Source: Tubulanus polymorphus
Lineage: Eukaryota; Animalia; Nemertea
NCBI RefSeq assembly: GCF_964204645.1
Contig: NC_134029.1
Coordinates: 3,224,001 to 3,288,000, forward strand
Reading direction: 5' to 3'
Length of the DNA: 64,000 nucleotides
How positions within the stretch are numbered: the first letter of the stretch is position 1; each line of letters begins with the position of its first letter. The position numbers were made by a program, and so were the translations under genes. Positions 12,401 to 25,300 of this stretch are shown piece after piece. The notes under the pieces were generated by a model. It made no database searches. It was not told the origin of the DNA and worked only from the letters and a program-made list of their open reading frames with translations.

Positions 12401-14566
12401 CTGAAGTTATATCGAAAATACGAAAACAATAAGAAAGTTTCGCAATGGCTCGATAAGGTTGCGCATTCATGTTTTAGTCAGAACGAATCAGATGCGTTTC
12501 GCATGAATCGGGATGAATCTCAGCATTATCGAGAGACTCGTGACGTGTTGGCGATATCTCCAGATGTTTGGAGGGGAAAGGTACTACTGTCTCGGAGTGA
12601 TCCAACTCAGAAGAACCAAGTTACCGGTATGACTCCAAGTATTCGGTTTAGCAGCGGTATGGATTTTAGGAGAGACCCGGTTGATTCACCAAATAGCGAG
12701 AAAGTAACGCCTCGAAGGGACATGATTATTGGATCTCCGATAACTGGAGTTGTATCTCTGAGGGATGATCTCGAATCTCCAACTATCAAAATGAGTAACC
12801 TGTGCTTAGACTCTCCTGCGCGAAGTAAACATTCGTCAGTTTATCAAAACTCAGTTCAAAATGACGCTCCGATAGATTTGACAAAACGTAATTGCGATAC
12901 GCAGATGATATCATACGGTCAGTGCGGAGCGATTGATTTAACTACAAAACCGTCGATGAATATTGAACTGATTTCTGGTCAACGCGAAACACAACAACTC
13001 GAGGCTTTAGATTTAGTTTGTAAACGGATTCAATGTAAAGATTTTAACAAAGTTCAGGATTCGGTAACTCGGTTCGGACATAATGATATCGTTTCTGGCA
13101 ATCTGAGGGAATCGACTAAAGTCGTATATCCTCCGCGTAAAACTCGGGACTATAACATTGCTCGTCGAAGTACTTCATCTTCGAACGAGCATTCAGTCAA
13201 TCGGTCTCCTGGATGTAAGGAATCAGATAAAGTATTTATGGTCCAGTCTCCAAAGACTGCATTGTCTGCTCATGCGCAATCTCCAAAGAGCTATAGTAGT
13301 AATTATGTGGAGGATTGTTCTCTCAAATTTTCTCATGAAAAGAAAATCCCTGAAGTGACGTCTTCTGTTCAGCAATCTCCTCAAACTGCGAGGAATGACA
13401 AAATTCCTCCTGAAGGTGATAAAACTGAAGTACGCATACCCGTAAAATCTCAGCCATCTAAAGATGTTTTCCGATGCCCTGAAGTGCCACGACCTCGGAT
13501 AAAACCATCAGTACCACTAGTGCATGAAATACCTCATTGCAAACTTACTGAATCTGATCGATGTCATGAAACATGCCGGATAGATTTGAAACCGATGAAC
13601 CTAGCACTTCAGCCTTATGTGAGGCTGACTGATCTAGCTGCGCAGCCTCATGTGAGCCCTACCGATACGCTACCAGTTACTCAGCCTCAAGTGAAACCAG
13701 CACTTGTCAATCAGGTGAGACATTGTGTCCAAGTCCATTGTCAAAAGGAGTCTCCGGTGAGACCTGCTGAGCCAGTTATTCAGCGTCAACTGAGATCTAC
13801 TGTCCCAGTTCGGTGCCAGAAAGAGGCTCAAGTTAAACCTGCTGAACCTATCTCTCAGCCTCATGCAAGATTGGCTGATGCTGAATCAGTTGCTGAGCCT
13901 CAAACGAGATCTGCTGAACCAGTCACTACTTCAGTGAAATCAACATCGCAAGTACGGCGTCTACGGCATCAAAAAGAACCTCGCGCAAGACTTTTTAATT
14001 GTATTCAGCCTTCTCCAGCACGACCTACTGAATTAGTGGAACCTTCGTTTAAAACTCTTGTTTATCCATCGCCATTGGTCACTAGTACTCCGCTGGCTAA
14101 ACTTAAAGATAAACTAGAAGTGTCGGATGATATATCCGAAATCACTCCATGTTACCGTCGGCCTGTTGGTGCGAAGCTGGCGATTAGTGAAAAAAAGTCT
14201 GATCCGAAGTATTTGAAAACTGTTTTACCGATACGCGAAGATGAGTTCAAAGTCCTGTGTGATTCTAGTTCTGATGATGTTAGGAAAGCGAATCCGGTTA
14301 AAAGAAAGTTATCTCATGGAGATTTTGCGGTTTCTAAAAATAAGTGTCGTAAACGCGAATCTGATTTTACTGAAAATAATCAAGACTCATCGTCGCTGCC
14401 ACGGAAAGAATATTTGGGCAAGCGGAAGGCTGCGAGGTCGAGAAAACAAAAAACTTTTGAAAAGGAAAATAGCTCGAATAATTCAAATAGAAATTTGTCT
14501 TCTTGCACTGGTCAAGTTTATTGTAAAAAATTGTTCTGTTTTCGATGTTCTGAGAATCAGCCTTAA
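9472..14566 (+). CDS. Scm3/HJURP-like CENP-A chaperone candidate (~1082 aa): N-terminal Scm3-like domain, long disordered S/P-rich body, C-terminal Cys4 motif
   Basis: Phase-consistent exons 9472-9558, 10190-10256, 10349-10438, 10529-10563, 10951-11026, 11251-11360, 11783-14566. Spliced N-terminus MEDKLERMFSGFADSKSKFIYAYESIIEKYNHEFPDCDIIDPTSLTIVENRGQL fits the remembered Scm3/HJURP pattern (..ESIIEKY....D.ID..T..IV...G.L). C-terminus CTGQVYCKKLFCFRC. Gene structure is well supported; the family call rests on motif recall. Confidence 0.75.
9651..9867. mobile_element. Foldback/palindromic MITE in intron 1 of the Scm3-like gene
   Basis: Terminal ATAGCGCGTTCGATTATCTT / AAGATAATCGAACGCGCTAT are perfect reverse complements. 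Inner arms (GATTTATCCATCACTTGATAGTT / AACTATCACGTGACGGATAAATC) also pair, giving a ~217-nt hairpin. Confidence 0.85.
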
Positions 14567-17500
14567 AACCGTAAATGATACTGTTTACTTCAAACCGCTG
14601 TCATTTATCAAAAACTCAAATTGGAAACTAAACTTTCCTGCGTGAAGGGAAGATTTGTCAGTTTAATTGGTCAAAGATGGTTTTCAGATAGAAAAAAACA
14701 GTATTTCGATATGATTCATCATTCGATCAAAACATTCGATTTTAGACTCAATTTCGGACTACAGAGTAAACTTTTTCACAGTGCATGTAACCTTTACCCC
14801 ATTTGACACTTTATTGATACCTTTGCTATTTTTGGGACCACAATCAGTTGCATAACTGTAGCTCACGACATGTTCAATGATTGTGTTTGTATCTATATGT
14901 TCACCAGGGGGTGTTGATTATTGAAATTGATAGTTCAGCATCTTAAACCACTTTTCACCAAGTTAGTAACCTGTCTGTGGTTAGACTGGATATTTTCACA
15001 AACCACAAAAAGGTATAAGGTATAAGCCCAACCAATTAATGAAAATGATGAAGTAACTAACTACATTGTGTTCCCAAGTGGGCATGGTGTCCCTGAACCC
15101 CTAGTTTAATGATTAGATCCTTGGCTTCATTTAAATTACATGAATGATATAATTTTAAAACTCTTATCAGTGGTAATTATGAGCGTTTACGTTATTTTTA
15201 CTGTTATGTACTGGTACATAAATATAAGATTGTATCTTTGTTGTAGCCTTCAGTTATTTATGTAAATGTCTTTAAAAAATGTACTTAGCAATAATTCCTC
15301 GTTTGGTTTTTAATTTTAAGGAGTGTATTTCTATGAATGTATGGATGGAGATGACCCATTGCAATTTTCATTTTCCCCAGTACGTAAGAAAAAGGAGAAT
15401 ATCTTTTTTTTCAATTACATTAAGTCTTGGAGGTAACCACCCGCAAGGAACCCAGTGCCCCTATTTCAACCGTACGGTGTCGCCATCTAAATAGTGAAGA
15501 GGAAGGAGTCTCGTGCCAATGACGTCATTTCATATATTTACATAGGCGGCGAACCGGCCATTTCTAGGATTATTCAATGCGCTCAAAATATAGTTCGTAC
15601 TTTATTACAAATTTTCAATATTTTTCCTCGCCGACAAAACACTGATATTACACCAATATATTGATTATACACTCTGAAATATAAAACAATTAGAATAAAG
15701 TAAATTCGGCTTTTGATAGAATCGTTTTAGACGCGCGAACGAATACAGTTCATCTAAAATTAGCTGTAGATTCCGGAGAGATTCATGTTTTCCATCCAAA
15801 AATAGCTCAATAGGACAAACACTGCTCTACTGGTCAGTAAAAATAGACATAATCTCTCCTCATATTTGTTGTCGTTGTTTATAATGTGTGTTGTAGTCGT
15901 CGTATTCTAATCGAACGCGCTTGTTTCGTATTTGATCGTTGATTGACATACACGGACTGGCCGAGTTTGAGGAGTGACTGAATCTGGTTGTCATGATTGT
16001 CAGTCAGAGTCAGGCCTGTCTCCGCTTCAACCGGCCTCGGTGCTTGTGATTGCGTTAAATTGACATGAATGAATGAGAATGCGCCATCGTGTACTATATG
16101 CTCAGTGGCGCTTGTCAATTTGAACTCATCAAGTGTCTATAAATAACACGGTAACCGGTGGCGGTGTAATGACGGAGACACTGTTGAAAAGCCAGCTGGG
16201 TGGGCAACAGGCCACAACTCGAAATAGCATCCGTTAGGGGATTCCCCAATTTTGATATATCAATTTTGTTTTGGGATTTATTGTATAAGATGAATACTTA
16301 CAGTTCCTCTGTCGATAAAATGGCTACTCAAGTCAACTACCAAAAAGACATGTAGGCCCCTATAATAAATTGAACTGTGGAAGTGTTTTAAGTTGAAACC
16401 ACGGATCAGGGTATTCCCTGATATTGACATTGCATTTTCTCTTCTAAAATTAAAAACCTTTGGGTCTATAAAATGTGCCCTGTTATATGAATTCCAATAG
16501 GACCTAATCTGTTTTAGATAGGCCTAGCCCTAATTAACCCTCTACTAGTAGCTAAGATTACAAATTTACCGCCCTACTAAAATGAAGGCCTAGGCACTTT
16601 TTCACTTTCAGCCTAACCCCAGTATCTTTTCTAGACAATTGTAATTGATCTTTTGTGCCAGAGCTGTGTTTAAGAAAGAGTTTTATCCAATATATTGAAA
16701 CCACCTGAAGTCTCAACTATAAGTTAGCCTACTCTATGCCTACTGTATAGGTCCGGAATGAAATAATTTTCAAGCTGATGTTGATTTGTTTCAGACGCTC
16801 ATCGATAAATAAATCGCCTTCCTGAACATCTTACTCGATCGTTTATAATACTCCTCGAGAATTTGTGCTGCCGACTACAGATTCTTGGTCACAGTTTATT
16901 TATCAGGTAGGCTTCATTTAAGAAAAAACCATCAAGGACCCAGTTCCACAGTTTACTGCATGAATTAGACTTGGAGTGGAAATATTGAAATATATTAGCT
17001 TTAACAGAACCGTCAAATCAAACCGAGAACTAAAGAACTGAGGCCAGTTCTTCAAATTACACTTAAATGACTGCTTTTTTCAGGTAATTCTCGTTACTGA
17101 AATTTTTTATGTCGAGGTTTTCTTATCTTGGACCTAAACTTAAGCAAAAACCCATCGCAAATTAATGGATCGCGATGATAATGCTGAACTGACCTTCTTA
17201 AATGTCTAGTCGTACCACCCTTGGTCCTCCCCTCCCCCTCCCTCCCCAATAAATGCTTCTGATGCATTTTCAATTAGAAAGGATAATCCACTCCACAAGT
17301 ACTTAATGGGTTTAAAAAGTTTTCCTTCTATCTTGTTTTCATCCCTGCTTCAGTACATCTCGAAAGTATAAATTATTCAGACACGATACAGTTCGAGCCA
17401 CAGTTTACTATAGTATCTACATTTTATTTAGGTATTATTTGATACGCGCAGTGAAAACTCTGCCAAATATATAATAATATTGCTATGTCGACGCGGTGAC

Positions 17501-18307
17501 TATGTGTTTGTGTATTTTCATTTGTTGTGGATCATCATCGCCTCGAGGGGGAAACACGTGAATTCTAAATGTCAGTATTTCTGCAGGTTTATTCGCAGTG
17601 GGTGTGTCGATGACTCCGAACAGATCTTCTTTCTTTTCACACTTTTATCTATCTATCACGAAGCTTCCATCTCTACCGATGTCACTACTGAGCCGCTATC
17701 GATTTTACGGGTCACGACCAAAACGAAATCCATTCGAGCCTCGGAGGCATAATTTTCAAACGAACTCAAAAAACTTCACGAAAAACGTCTCAGTAAATTG
17801 GTATAGGTTTTATCGGCGAATATTGAATAATTTTCACCAGTTAGTTCTTGTCCATTAAGACAGTCCTTGGGCACATTCAGCTGTGTGGTTTAAACAGGGG
17901 TTCGTGGACTGTCGATCATTCACCTGTTGATGGCTGGTGCTAATGGCCTCAAGCGTTCGGCCTTTTATGTCCTCATGTTCTTCGTGAAAACCGAAATGAT
18001 GATGACATTATTATTTCACTTTTGATATATGAGAACAGTTAATCGACGAACACTGAGAAGTCTGATGCTCCTATCGATTCGTTCGTTTAAATCAAAGACG
18101 TGTTTTATATCCAAAAACGAGGTAATTCCCATGGGGTCTCTAATTGAACTCCTCTGAACGAAGTCAACAGTTCAACTCGTGGCTCGACGTTTTATTCGTT
18201 GAAAACTTCAAACGCTCGTGAAAACATCTTCAGGGTGCATGTTCTCAATCTTGATCACTTTCTGTTTGTTGAGAATGATATGGTTAAAAGTTGAACCAAT
18301 CTCCTTG

Positions 18308-18554
18308 CAGGTGCGAATCCAGAGGGGTGTTTCAGGGGTCATGACCCTCCCCCCTGCTCAACTACCAAAATTTTTTTAATCATTTTCTTGAAGGAATGTA
18401 CTCAAGACCAAGCGGGCGACAGTACCACATAACATCTTCCATTTGGCCAAACAATCTGCTGTATAGGCCCCTATCATTAGAGATTTTAGTCGGCAGTTTA
18501 ACATTAACGTTTTCTATGAACCCCCTTCTGGAAAAAACGCTGGATCCGCGTCTG
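18308..18554. mobile_element. MITE with CAGG(T/C)GCG(G/A)ATCCAG termini
   Basis: Left CAGGTGCGAATCCAG, right CTGGATCCGCGTCTG, internal GGGG/CCCC tracts. Related right-end fragments near 21330 and 53425. No TSD recognised. Confidence 0.7.
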
Positions 18555-20184
18555 CCTCAATTCTCTCTACATCTCTCTGGTAAAAGCTCGATGATAAAAC
18601 CATCCATTGGTTCTTGGTAGCTTTTCATTTCTTCGTGAACTGTTTGTGTTTTAAACCTGAATTTAGGCATTTTTCCGTGAGTATAGACATGGTCTTGGTA
18701 TAGGCATTCGTTTTTCTATTGTATTATGGGATTTTATCATATATTGCCTTATTTTTCAATAAAATTAAGAGATATCGAAGTAAGATTTCACTTCACCTCG
18801 GATGAAGCTATAAGTCGTATTCGACTACTCTGTTTTGAAGTCTCGTCTGAGTTGACTGCGCTCACTACATTTGTAAGTATTTTTTCTATACAGCGCATTG
18901 AAGTTCACCAGTGACCCGCGGGTATTATCTGACATCCACGCCCATATCTCAACTCAGTCGATATTGACATCATCGCCCGCGATTTCAAACAAACATTGCA
19001 TAAAAATGTTGTTTATTGTCCGTCAACTTCGATTGCAGTTATAACCAGATCATCGAGAGAGAAACTATTTTTAGGGGAGAAAAGAAGTTTTGAAAATCAG
19101 TGTGTTTTATAAATGATTGAGTCGATAAACTGATGATGATCTAGGATGCAGTTTTATAAACGCACTGATCTATTTTCTTCTTTATGGCTAAATGGAGATT
19201 TCATCTGACACTATCTGGGGAATGTTTCATCTCCCAGTTAATTACCCTAAGATTTAGGCTTCACAGAAGTTTTTTTTGTCAGATTCGAAATGTACTCGAT
19301 ATTGAAATTCTAATCAAAGCGTTAGTTTTAATTATATCTGAAAATTCAAATTATTCTAATTAATGATTGATTTTATTTTTTGATAAAACATTTAAGTCAT
19401 AGTTTTTTTAGCTTGACGCAAAAAATTCCAGACAAGACTTTAAGTTGCCTGAATTGAGTAGTTATTTGTGGTATGACTTCAAACAGTTCCGGTACGATAT
19501 GTTAATATATGTCTTTATAATGCTGCCCACTGAAAAACCGATCTTCCGTCCCATGTATATAGAAATAGCAACAAACGTGACTTTAAAAAAATGCTCATCA
19601 CGTTCGTCGTGACTTGTGGAATAGACTTTTAAAAAAAAGTAAGACATCTGGGCGTGTCCATCATGTAAGTTGAATTACTTCCAAGAATCCTAAGTCTAGA
19701 ATGTTCTGTCCTCATTATGGAAAATCATTTTGATTATAATGTGAGGAAGAAAATGAGCAGAAATAAATTTGTTCAAAGCGTTCAATAAGATTCTGTAAAA
19801 AAAAAGCTTGACAATTAAGGAATACAGTAGACCTAGTAGACACTCATATATCGGAGATAACCGTTTAACTCTGATATTTGTTGAAATATTTTTCTGACGG
19901 TGAATCAGAATTATCTACCATTCGTATTCGCGTTCAATTCGGACACATTTTAACGGTCCAAAAAGCCTTGAGCGAAATCTACCCGGTTACCGATTTGAGA
20001 AAATCTACGAGATAAATTTTTGGACGCGGATGTACTCGTATAGTTTCTCGGTATCGGGGTCCGCTTATAGCCCCGAAAACCTCGCAATGCCGCAAAAAGT
20101 CTATTTTCGACACTTAAATCGAATGACGGAAAGGTGATTTTCTTTTTTCGAACGTTATTTTTCAACTCATGACTGTCGTATCAC

Positions 20185-20477
20185 GGGGCGGAATATGATA
20201 CATTTCATATTGCGAAGTCTATGTCGTCGTCGGGTTTCGACCAATCAAAGCGCGCTACGGTAAGCTTCATCTTAACGGCTTATTTTTCAGCGGTTGATAT
20301 TAATCAATGATAAACTGTCTCACAGATAACAAAATAGTTACTCGACTTTTCTCGCGTCGCCGAGTGACAGGTTCCACAACACTAGACGTTTTTGGTGTTT
20401 TAAGACGGGCTGGATCCTGCTGGTAAAAACACTGACGACGACCGTATTTCATAGCTTGCGCTTTATTTTGTATTAAG
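20185..20477 (+). promoter_or_regulatory. Candidate distal promoter and non-coding first exon of MEF2
   Basis: CpG-rich stretch with GC box GGGGCGG (20185), CCAAT (20241) and a strong donor AAG|GTAAGC after 20477; no ORF. Assignment to MEF2 is inferred from position and strand. Confidence 0.5.
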
Positions 20478-20838
20478 GTAAGCGTTATCGGTTGTGATGA
20501 ATTCTGCCAGGAATCTATCTATAGTGTGTGGCTAGTTACACCTGATATTTGCATACGTCTTTTTTCATACGGTTCATCGTTGGTATTTTAGAATTGATTT
20601 TTTAATCGCGTTTGAAGTTGTATTTGATGTTACTGATGTGAATGTCGCGCTCGCGGGTTGATAACGGATTGCTATCAGTTTACAAAATGTTTTCTATTAG
20701 ATTTCGGTTTTTCGATACAATTTCTCAGTCTTTCGCCGATTATTTAATAGTTTCATTCATGTCCACCAGGGGATTCAGTTTGTCCTGTTAGGGTCGTTTA
20801 AATGAGGTACCAGCTGCACACACCAGATGGCGCAAATA

Positions 20839-20930
20839 CCAGGACCCAGTTCCACAGTTGTGAGTTAAGATTTGACTCAAGAGTTAATCATTGAAAATGA
20901 ACTAATTTTAACTGTCGAACTGGATCCTGG
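20839..20930. mobile_element. Short MITE (~92 bp)
   Basis: TIRs CCAGGACCCAGTTCCACAGTT / AACTGTCGAACTGGATCCTGG. Related ends at ~16935, ~29500 and ~42856-42935. Confidence 0.75.
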
Positions 20931-21698
20931 GTTGTTTGTTGGGAATTTTAATTTTTAAAGTTGATTTTCAATCAAATTTGAACTGAATTTTTTAGGCTTC
21001 CGAACCTGAATACTATCAAACAAGTCATCGAATAGCTATACGATGATTAATTTTCTCACTCGATGTATGGTATAGATTTCAGTGTAAATTCTTTTTATAA
21101 ATTGGAAAAGTTGATTCAAATTTAACGAAATGTAGAAGACATTGAAGGTAATCGAGTAACCAGTACTAGGGACCAGGAAGTCCAGAAAAGTGTTTGAAAC
21201 CTTTGGCTACAGGCATGGCCACTCTCAGAATACAGCTGAATGTTTTCCAAATACCCTGAACCCATCGCAAATCACTTCACACCTATATTGTAATGGTGAT
21301 GGAGTACATATTTCCCCCCTTTTCTAGAATGCTGGATCTGTCCTTAATTTTGTGTTCAGTTCATCCCTGGATGGAGATCATCATGTGAATGAACGATGGC
21401 TTCAAGGCTATCAGTGACGTGTAATGAATAGTTGCGATGTTCAAGTTCTAAAATATATTCTGGATAAATTGTTGTTATTTTACGTAAGCAATGATGTTCA
21501 AAAATAATAATCATACCGATCCATCATGTGATCTAAAAACAGGCGGTCTCCTCTATCCTTTCTTCATCCCAACAACAATTACTTTGTGGAATACTTTTCC
21601 TATGTCTGTTTCGTAGCCAAAGACAGATATCCCTGTCACTTTCAAAAACTTAGTAAACCTACCTAACGTATATTATATCTCTTTCATTATTATTATTT

Positions 21699-22084
21699 TG
21701 TTGGGTGGATGTTCTGTTGGACCAGTATTCTGTTGGGTGGATGTTCTGTTGGCCCAGTATTCTGTTGGGTGGATTGTCTTGTTGGGCCACTGTTCTGTTG
21801 GGTGGATATTCTGTTGGGTGGATATTCTGTTGGGCCACTGTTCGGTTGGATGGATATTCTGTTGGGTGGATGTTCTGTTGGGTGGATGTTCTGTTGGGTA
21901 GATGTTCTGTTGGGTGGATATTCTGTTGGGTGGATGTTCTGTTGGGTGGATATTCTGTTGGGTGGATGTTCTGTTGGGTGGATGTTCTGTTGGGTGGATG
22001 TTCTGTTGGGTGGATGTTCTGTTGGGTGGATGTTCTGTTGGGTGGATGTTCTGTTGGGTGGATGTTCTGTTGGGTGTATATTCT
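21699..22084. repeat. 16-bp minisatellite (GTTCTGTTGGGTGGAT)n, about 24 units
   Basis: Read directly; variants CCAGTATT/CCACT at the 5' end. Explains the six repetitive ORFs in the track. Confidence 0.97.
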
Positions 22085-22324
22085 GGCATTGTTCAGTTGA
22101 TGAATTTTTTTCTCTGACACAAACTGAAGTTGATAGTTGATTAAATGATCTGCGTCAGTCAGGTATAAAGTGTCTCCTCAGCAGCACGCAGGCGCACGCA
22201 CGCATGCTGCTCTGATCACTATCGATCCACACTCTATTTACGTCACAAATCCCATGTTATAAATAACTGCAGCCTATTTTCACCCGACGAATGAAGCTTG
22301 GGGGTTTCCATACGTTCCCGGTAC

Positions 22325-22358
22325 TGCTGCTGCTGGTGCTGCTGCTGCTGCTGCTGCT
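22325..22358. repeat. (CTG)n trinucleotide tract
   Basis: CTGCTGCTGCTGGTGCTGCTG...; a second (CTG)n tract at 39657-39683, next to (TACG)n at 39618-39637. Confidence 0.9.
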
Positions 22359-25300
22359 GTACCCAGCTGACGAAGCCTGCCGCTACGATTCCATTACCAT
22401 GGTTACTGGGATGGGGGTATCCTGACGATGCGTAGGTGCTTATCGTCGTAAGATCATTAGTTAACAAGGCGTGGTGATGTCGTCCCCAAAAGTGTAATTT
22501 GAAACCTGCCACGTGCGTTCATGATCGGCTGTGACCAAATAATTTTGATGGAAATATATTCAAAAATGGTGCACGAGTGGATGAAATTCTATAAATAGCT
22601 ATTGAGGGGATTATCATGAAGTCAGTGCAAGTCCGGCTGTTAATAAATTACTAGAAATGTTATTCGTGGTTTTGCACTCAGAATAGAACTCTCACTTTCC
22701 TCCCTCTCTCTCTCCTCCTCCGGGCTGCAGACTTTATGTCATACGCATTTTATTTTGGAGTCATTTCCAATTTTCTAATTCAAGCCGCGATACTGTTTTT
22801 TCATCAAATATCGCTGGAAATAGATTTCAGGATCGATGGCAAATTTTATTTTTACGCGACAATTTTTACGTGTGTGATTTTGGCAATTGGAAGTGCTGCC
22901 ATCTACATTTTTCTAAAATCTGTTGAATACTAATGTGTATGAACCGGATTCGCGTGACGGATTATTTTTTTCGTAATTTCGCTCCATTCATTCATTCATT
23001 TATATTTTGAGAATATCATTCACTGCGCATATACACAGAACAGTAGAATATAATGGAGTAAAGATTGAACTCTCAAAATTCCTGTTACGGTTCTTGGAAA
23101 TGTTTCATAAGATCATTCGTGTGTCTCGAAAGACACGTTTTGCAACGAATGAGAATCCATTCATTTCCAGCGAAAACACTGCGACCTTGGCCCGCGATTA
23201 AACTGGCCGCCCGGCTGTGCTCATAACCCATAGAAACAAATAAATGTGAGATTTCAAAAGCCCGTACGGGTTTCTGATAGTCGTCTTATTCTTTGTTCGT
23301 TTCGAAATGTAGATTTTACGCTGAAATGGGTGAAACGAACGACAGTCAACATTGGGTCATATTTTGTCCGTTGGCGGTTGTCTGAATGTCGGCGGTTGTG
23401 TCGTGAGCTTTCTGCTCCAGTTACGTTGGTCAATCGTTTAAAAAAAATACGTCACTACGCCCGACTTTTCATTGCAACATAGGACATACAACAGGTTTGA
23501 CGGCACCAGTACCCTGTGACCGTTTTCACGTTAAAGGTCAACTAAAAGTTAAATCCATTAGGCTTCAACCAGTGCCTTTGTGTTTTGGCTGGAAGCTTTT
23601 TAGTTTTCGGTAAAACTCGCTCTTCATTTGGCTGCTGAGTTAATCGTTGGTTTAATGAATTCCCTCCCGGCTGACTTTTTCTTTGATGATGATGATATGT
23701 AGTCGCCATATTAGCCATCTTGAATAATATCGATTTACTCTTAATGGATACCCGGAATTCGCTCATCTCCTTTTTGAATTAGCCCGCAAACTATGTTCAA
23801 ATCACAAAATCAGAAGTTGAAATTCCCCTCACTAGACTAAGAGTTAATGAAAACAAATTGAGAAAGAAGAAGGGATCTGTTCAACCAGTTGCTATTAGCG
23901 CATTATGGAGCTGCTTGTATTGGCTTCAGTTTTGAATGAAAACAAACTTTAAAGGCTCCAAGAGAGAGAGAGATACTTAGCCTGAGGCAATTGAAATTTG
24001 TTTAACAGAATCCCATTCATTCGAGACAATGCGATCCACATGTCTTAAATCCCAGGCGCACAGCTAGTTCTTTAACGTTATGTAATCAAAGCAATTGAAC
24101 TGGATTGAAAGATCACCTGAGGATCTCCAGATTACACAGGGGTTCAACCATAACAAATACACCAGATACTACTGTACATTTTAAATGATGCTAAAATCTG
24201 GCTGTCGACTGCTGGAGACTCGGCTTGTTGCTTAGGATATTTTTTCGAACTATTTCTATGACTGATATTGCTACATGGTCTGAAGGTCCATTTAATTCCG
24301 CGATTTATTTCTTGACCCACTTTTCGAGACATATTTGAGACGGAAAGAAAAAGCATTCAGAGAGGTCATCAGGTTGCTAGAAAATAAAAACGTTTTGTGG
24401 TCACTGTTTCCTGAACCACGGTGGCCTGCATAACACTTGAATAATATTTTATGTTTAGACAGGTTCTTTAGACGGGTGCTTTTTTCTTTTATGTTCGATC
24501 GTCAATCGTTGACCCAGATCGGCGCGTGAAAATATATTACCCTTCTACTAGTTCTAGTATCTACGGTGGTCTCGAGCGGCCAATCCGTGACTAACCTATT
24601 ACTTACTTCTCGGACTCGTGTTGGACCTGCACCAAAAAATAGTTCACTAGACTCGGCGCGCTCATTACACGTGAAATATCCGACGGTTGGTGATCGTTTT
24701 GCTCTGAAAAAAATCTTGAAAATTCGTCGATCGATCGTCTTGTAAAGTAGTCGCCACTCTGTAAGTACAAGTTTAGGTGTGATTTCTTCTTTACGAATGA
24801 AATCACCTGAAGTGCGCGGTTTTTTAATATATTCATCGCTACTGAATTTATATCGGGAAGTTTTTTACTTCGATTGCTTGAGATATAAATATCAGGTGGG
24901 TTTCACGTAATGCGTGTATGGGGAAACACGGTGACCTAATTTAGGCTATTTTAATTTCATTTTGTCCCAGTTTTACCGACAGATGTTGTATATATACTAC
25001 ATTAATGTGACACGTGAAACATCATTGAATCGTTTTTTAAATCAAATTTTAAATGTGTGTTTTCGGTCATACTGACCGAATTCACATTCAGGAATGAACT
25101 AGGAATTGAGAAATGTGACAGTAGCATCAATGACAATCCGTGCATCAATGACAATCCGTGCATCAATGACAGTTGAATGTTAGTCCATATTAGTGACATT
25201 ACTTTATTGATGCCTGGAGCGGAATCGTCATCAGTATCATCAGTTCTGATATTTGATAGGCCTGTCTGTGGTTTACTCCTATTAGTTTTGTTGTTAATAA

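Noticed and set aside
21659-22140. Six overlapping repetitive ORFs (QQNIHPTE / LLGGCSVGW)
   Set aside because: By-products of a stop-free 16-bp minisatellite; no splice context or unique coding sequence.
22243-22512. PolyQ ORFs (also 39615-39911)
   Set aside because: Antisense reading of intronic (CTG)n tracts.
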